A stretch of DNA of 64,000 nt from Dimorphilus gyrociliatus. Lineage: Eukaryota; Animalia; Annelida. The translations under genes and the position numbers were made by a program. Where the stretch lies: positions 3,550,408-3,614,407 of the forward strand of contig CAJFCJ010000006.1 in the NCBI GenBank assembly GCA_904063045.1. The letters are read 5' to 3'. Below are positions 61,607 to 64,000 of this stretch, piece after piece (position 1 is the stretch's first letter; the number at the start of each line of letters is the position of its first letter). Below the pieces are notes generated by a model, which saw only the letters and a list, made by a program, of their open reading frames with translations, was not told the DNA's origin and did not search any database.

Positions 61607-62311
61607 ATTACTTTAATTAGATACTTTTATTTATTTTTATACATCCGTCCCAATAATTTTGTAATGATATTTTCAAATAAAATGTAATATACACAAATAT
61701 TTTGACATTTCATTCGAAAAAATGAGAGCAGGGAAAGATTCTTTAAAAGAGCATGGGGGTAATCGTACATAGTTACGACAGGTGTTTGGAATGTTTCTCA
61801 TTCAAAAGTTATAAGATATCTTTCATATCTTAAAAGGTTTCTTTTTTTTCGCCAATCGAGCTTGTTCAATTCAAAAAAAAAATCGCTCTATTTGGTCAGT
61901 ACTTAAAGAACAATACATTGTAAAACATTCTATTGTAATAGTACAAAACTGACTTGAACTATCTGAGAGTTATCTTAGGCGGAGCTGTCAATTAGTATAA
62001 AATATATTAGGGAAAGTCTCATTAATCATTTAATATCTGCCACTAAAACGTTTCAAAGTAGATAATGTGAGTGATTCAATTAGATAGGCTACCCTTAAGG
62101 AATGGAATAATTCTTCAGAAACCACTCTGATATTTACAGGGCGCCATATTTCTGAGTTGCAGGTGCTTGTTTACAGAATTTTGTCGTTTATCCTCAGAGT
62201 TTTTGTATAAAATCTGTTACTAGGAATCAGAAAAACATCCGATATAGTCTAAATTTTTGATTTGAGAAATTATAGTTGGATCAATTATTTTACTTTCATT
62301 TTTCATAAGAC

Positions 62312-64000
62312 ATGTCATCCTTCGTCAATCAGAGGATTCGAGAAGCTCAGCAAGATATATTTAAAAATTACGGGGTTCGAAAGATACAATTAGGTAGAAA
62401 TGTTGTTCTGAGTCTTGACGAAGAGTCTCGTGAAGAAGATACGAATGGTAGCGACTCAGATGATCGTAACTGTTTTGGCACAAGGCATGGCAGGAAACGT
62501 GACTACGATTCATCCAGTGATAATCTAGCTTCTGATTTTTCATCAAATGACTGCATGAGAAATAAGTTTAATGATATGGAAGAGGATTATGTAATAGGTT
62601 CAAAACCTGGACCTAAAAGCTCCAAGCAAAGATTTAAACTAAGAAGGTTCAGTAAGGGTAGAAATGGTTCAGATGGGGAAATTTCAAATACTGAATTGAA
62701 CGGAGGTATGTTAGAATGTTGTTTTGAACAATTAAATGTAAAGATTGTAATTTTTTTGCAGAAGATAAAATAGATTCAAGAATTATGTCCTGTAAGTGTG
62801 CGATAACGAAACTCCCAATATCTTTAATATCAGGAACCAAATGCGAAGCTATTGATAGCATTAATGATAAAAAGGTGCACTGTACGAATGATGCCAGATC
62901 GAAATACTACCGTACAGTTGCTGCCAACCGGCCATCAATTATCGTATGCTCAAAGCACGAAGAAGAGATGAAGAATCATCGCTTTTGTCCTCACTGTGGA
63001 CTATGCTGTGCCGAAGGGGCTTTTATACAATGCAATTCATCCCCAAAATCGCATTTAATGCACGAATATTGTTGCACTCGTGAATCTAACGTTGTTAAAT
63101 GTAGTCATTGTGCATCTGACGTTATATCTAAACGTTACTATAGAATTTCTCATTGGCAAACCGAAAGGAGAAAAACTACAAGGAGGTCTATTATGGATCC
63201 CATTAAAGAAAATCAACCAAAATCACCAAAGAAAACCAAATCAAATGCAGGTGTGACTGTTCTAGGAAAATTATGTGGAATAATCTTACAGTTAACGCCA
63301 AAGTCTCAAGAACGAATTGATCTTACCACATACGTTTTACCGAATTTTGAACGGAAAGTCAATTCAAAACTACTAATCGGATGTATAAACAAAAATGATT
63401 GTATAGGAGTTGCTGAGTGTTTCCTAAATGGAATAAAATTGGAAGAGCCAATAACTAGGGATAATGAAACACCCCTAATGTATGCAGTAGCTAAAGACAA
63501 ATTAGATATAGTGAATCTATTGACGACAATGGGTGCCGACATAGAAGCATCTGATTCTGTACGTATATTTTGAATTTTTTATCGAATATTTAATTGAACT
63601 TTTTTGTTTTTTATTGCCACAGTCGAACAACACTCCATTATTAAAGGCTGTACAAAAAGGAAATATTGAAATTGTAAAATTATTAATGCGGCATGGAGCT
63701 AATGTGAATAAGACAAATGATAATGGAAAGTCCGTTTTACATTTGGCAGCTAGCACAGGAAAAGTAAATCTCTTGAAACTGTTCCTAGAGAGGAAATTAG
63801 ATGTCAATGTCCAAGATTTTGATGGTTTCACACCTCTCGTTTATGCAGCAGAAGTGGGTCACTTGAGTTGCGGCGAATTTTTATTAAAAAATGGCAGTGA
63901 TCCAACAATAGAAGATCATGAAAAGTCTATGGCAATTCATTGGGCAGCTGTTGGAGGGAATATTAAATTGGTTTTATTATGCTATGAATATGGCTGTGAT
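62312..64000 (+). CDS. EHMT1: G9a/GLP (EHMT)-type histone H3K9 methyltransferase, 5' part; continues beyond the window
   Basis: Cys-rich region SCKC...KCEA...VCSKHEEEMKNHRFCPHCG..CAEGAFIQC...H..HEYC....CSHC, as in G9a/GLP, followed by ankyrin repeats. The SET domain lies outside the window, and EHMT1 vs EHMT2 cannot be resolved. Confidence 0.8.

Noticed and set aside
1-64000. Transposons, CRISPR arrays, rRNA, selenoprotein/readthrough genes
   Set aside because: I saw no transposase/RT ORFs, terminal repeats, spacer arrays, rRNA-like tracts, or in-frame TGA needed in any gene model.

Overview
AT-rich, very gene-dense animal (metazoan) genomic DNA with mostly 45-120 nt spliceosomal introns. 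The compactness and gene content would fit a miniaturised spiralian genome such as the annelid Dimorphilus, but that assignment is inference only. I stitched exons by hand into 21 protein-coding gene models plus one tRNA-Leu(CAG). In order: F-box/WD40 protein, SAMM50, RPS19BP1/AROS-like, Kirre/Neph-type 5-Ig adhesion protein (probably with a ~6 kb regulatory first intron), intronless mitochondrial-clan P450, LCMT1, stand-alone divergent DUF547, double-hotdog thioesterase, SPATA5/AFG2, a small single-pass membrane protein, VPS53, GABA-B receptor R3-type, METTL17, UTP6, V-ATPase a subunit, MOSMO, Chibby, ANKEF1, tRNA-Leu, NMD3, Tectonic-2-like, and the 5' part of G9a/EHMT. I found no transposon, CRISPR or prokaryotic features. 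The most notable observations are: (1) a 13 kb block of four cilium-related genes carrying RFX X-boxes; (2) a strand-biased cluster of the octamer TGACAAAC and a G-U-rich hairpin in the Kirre upstream region; (3) a Tectonic with a ~450 aa repeated N-terminal extension; (4) a DUF547 protein that has lost its conserved cysteines; (5) several long intronless CDSs that appear to keep only a 5'UTR intron. None of this was checked computationally.
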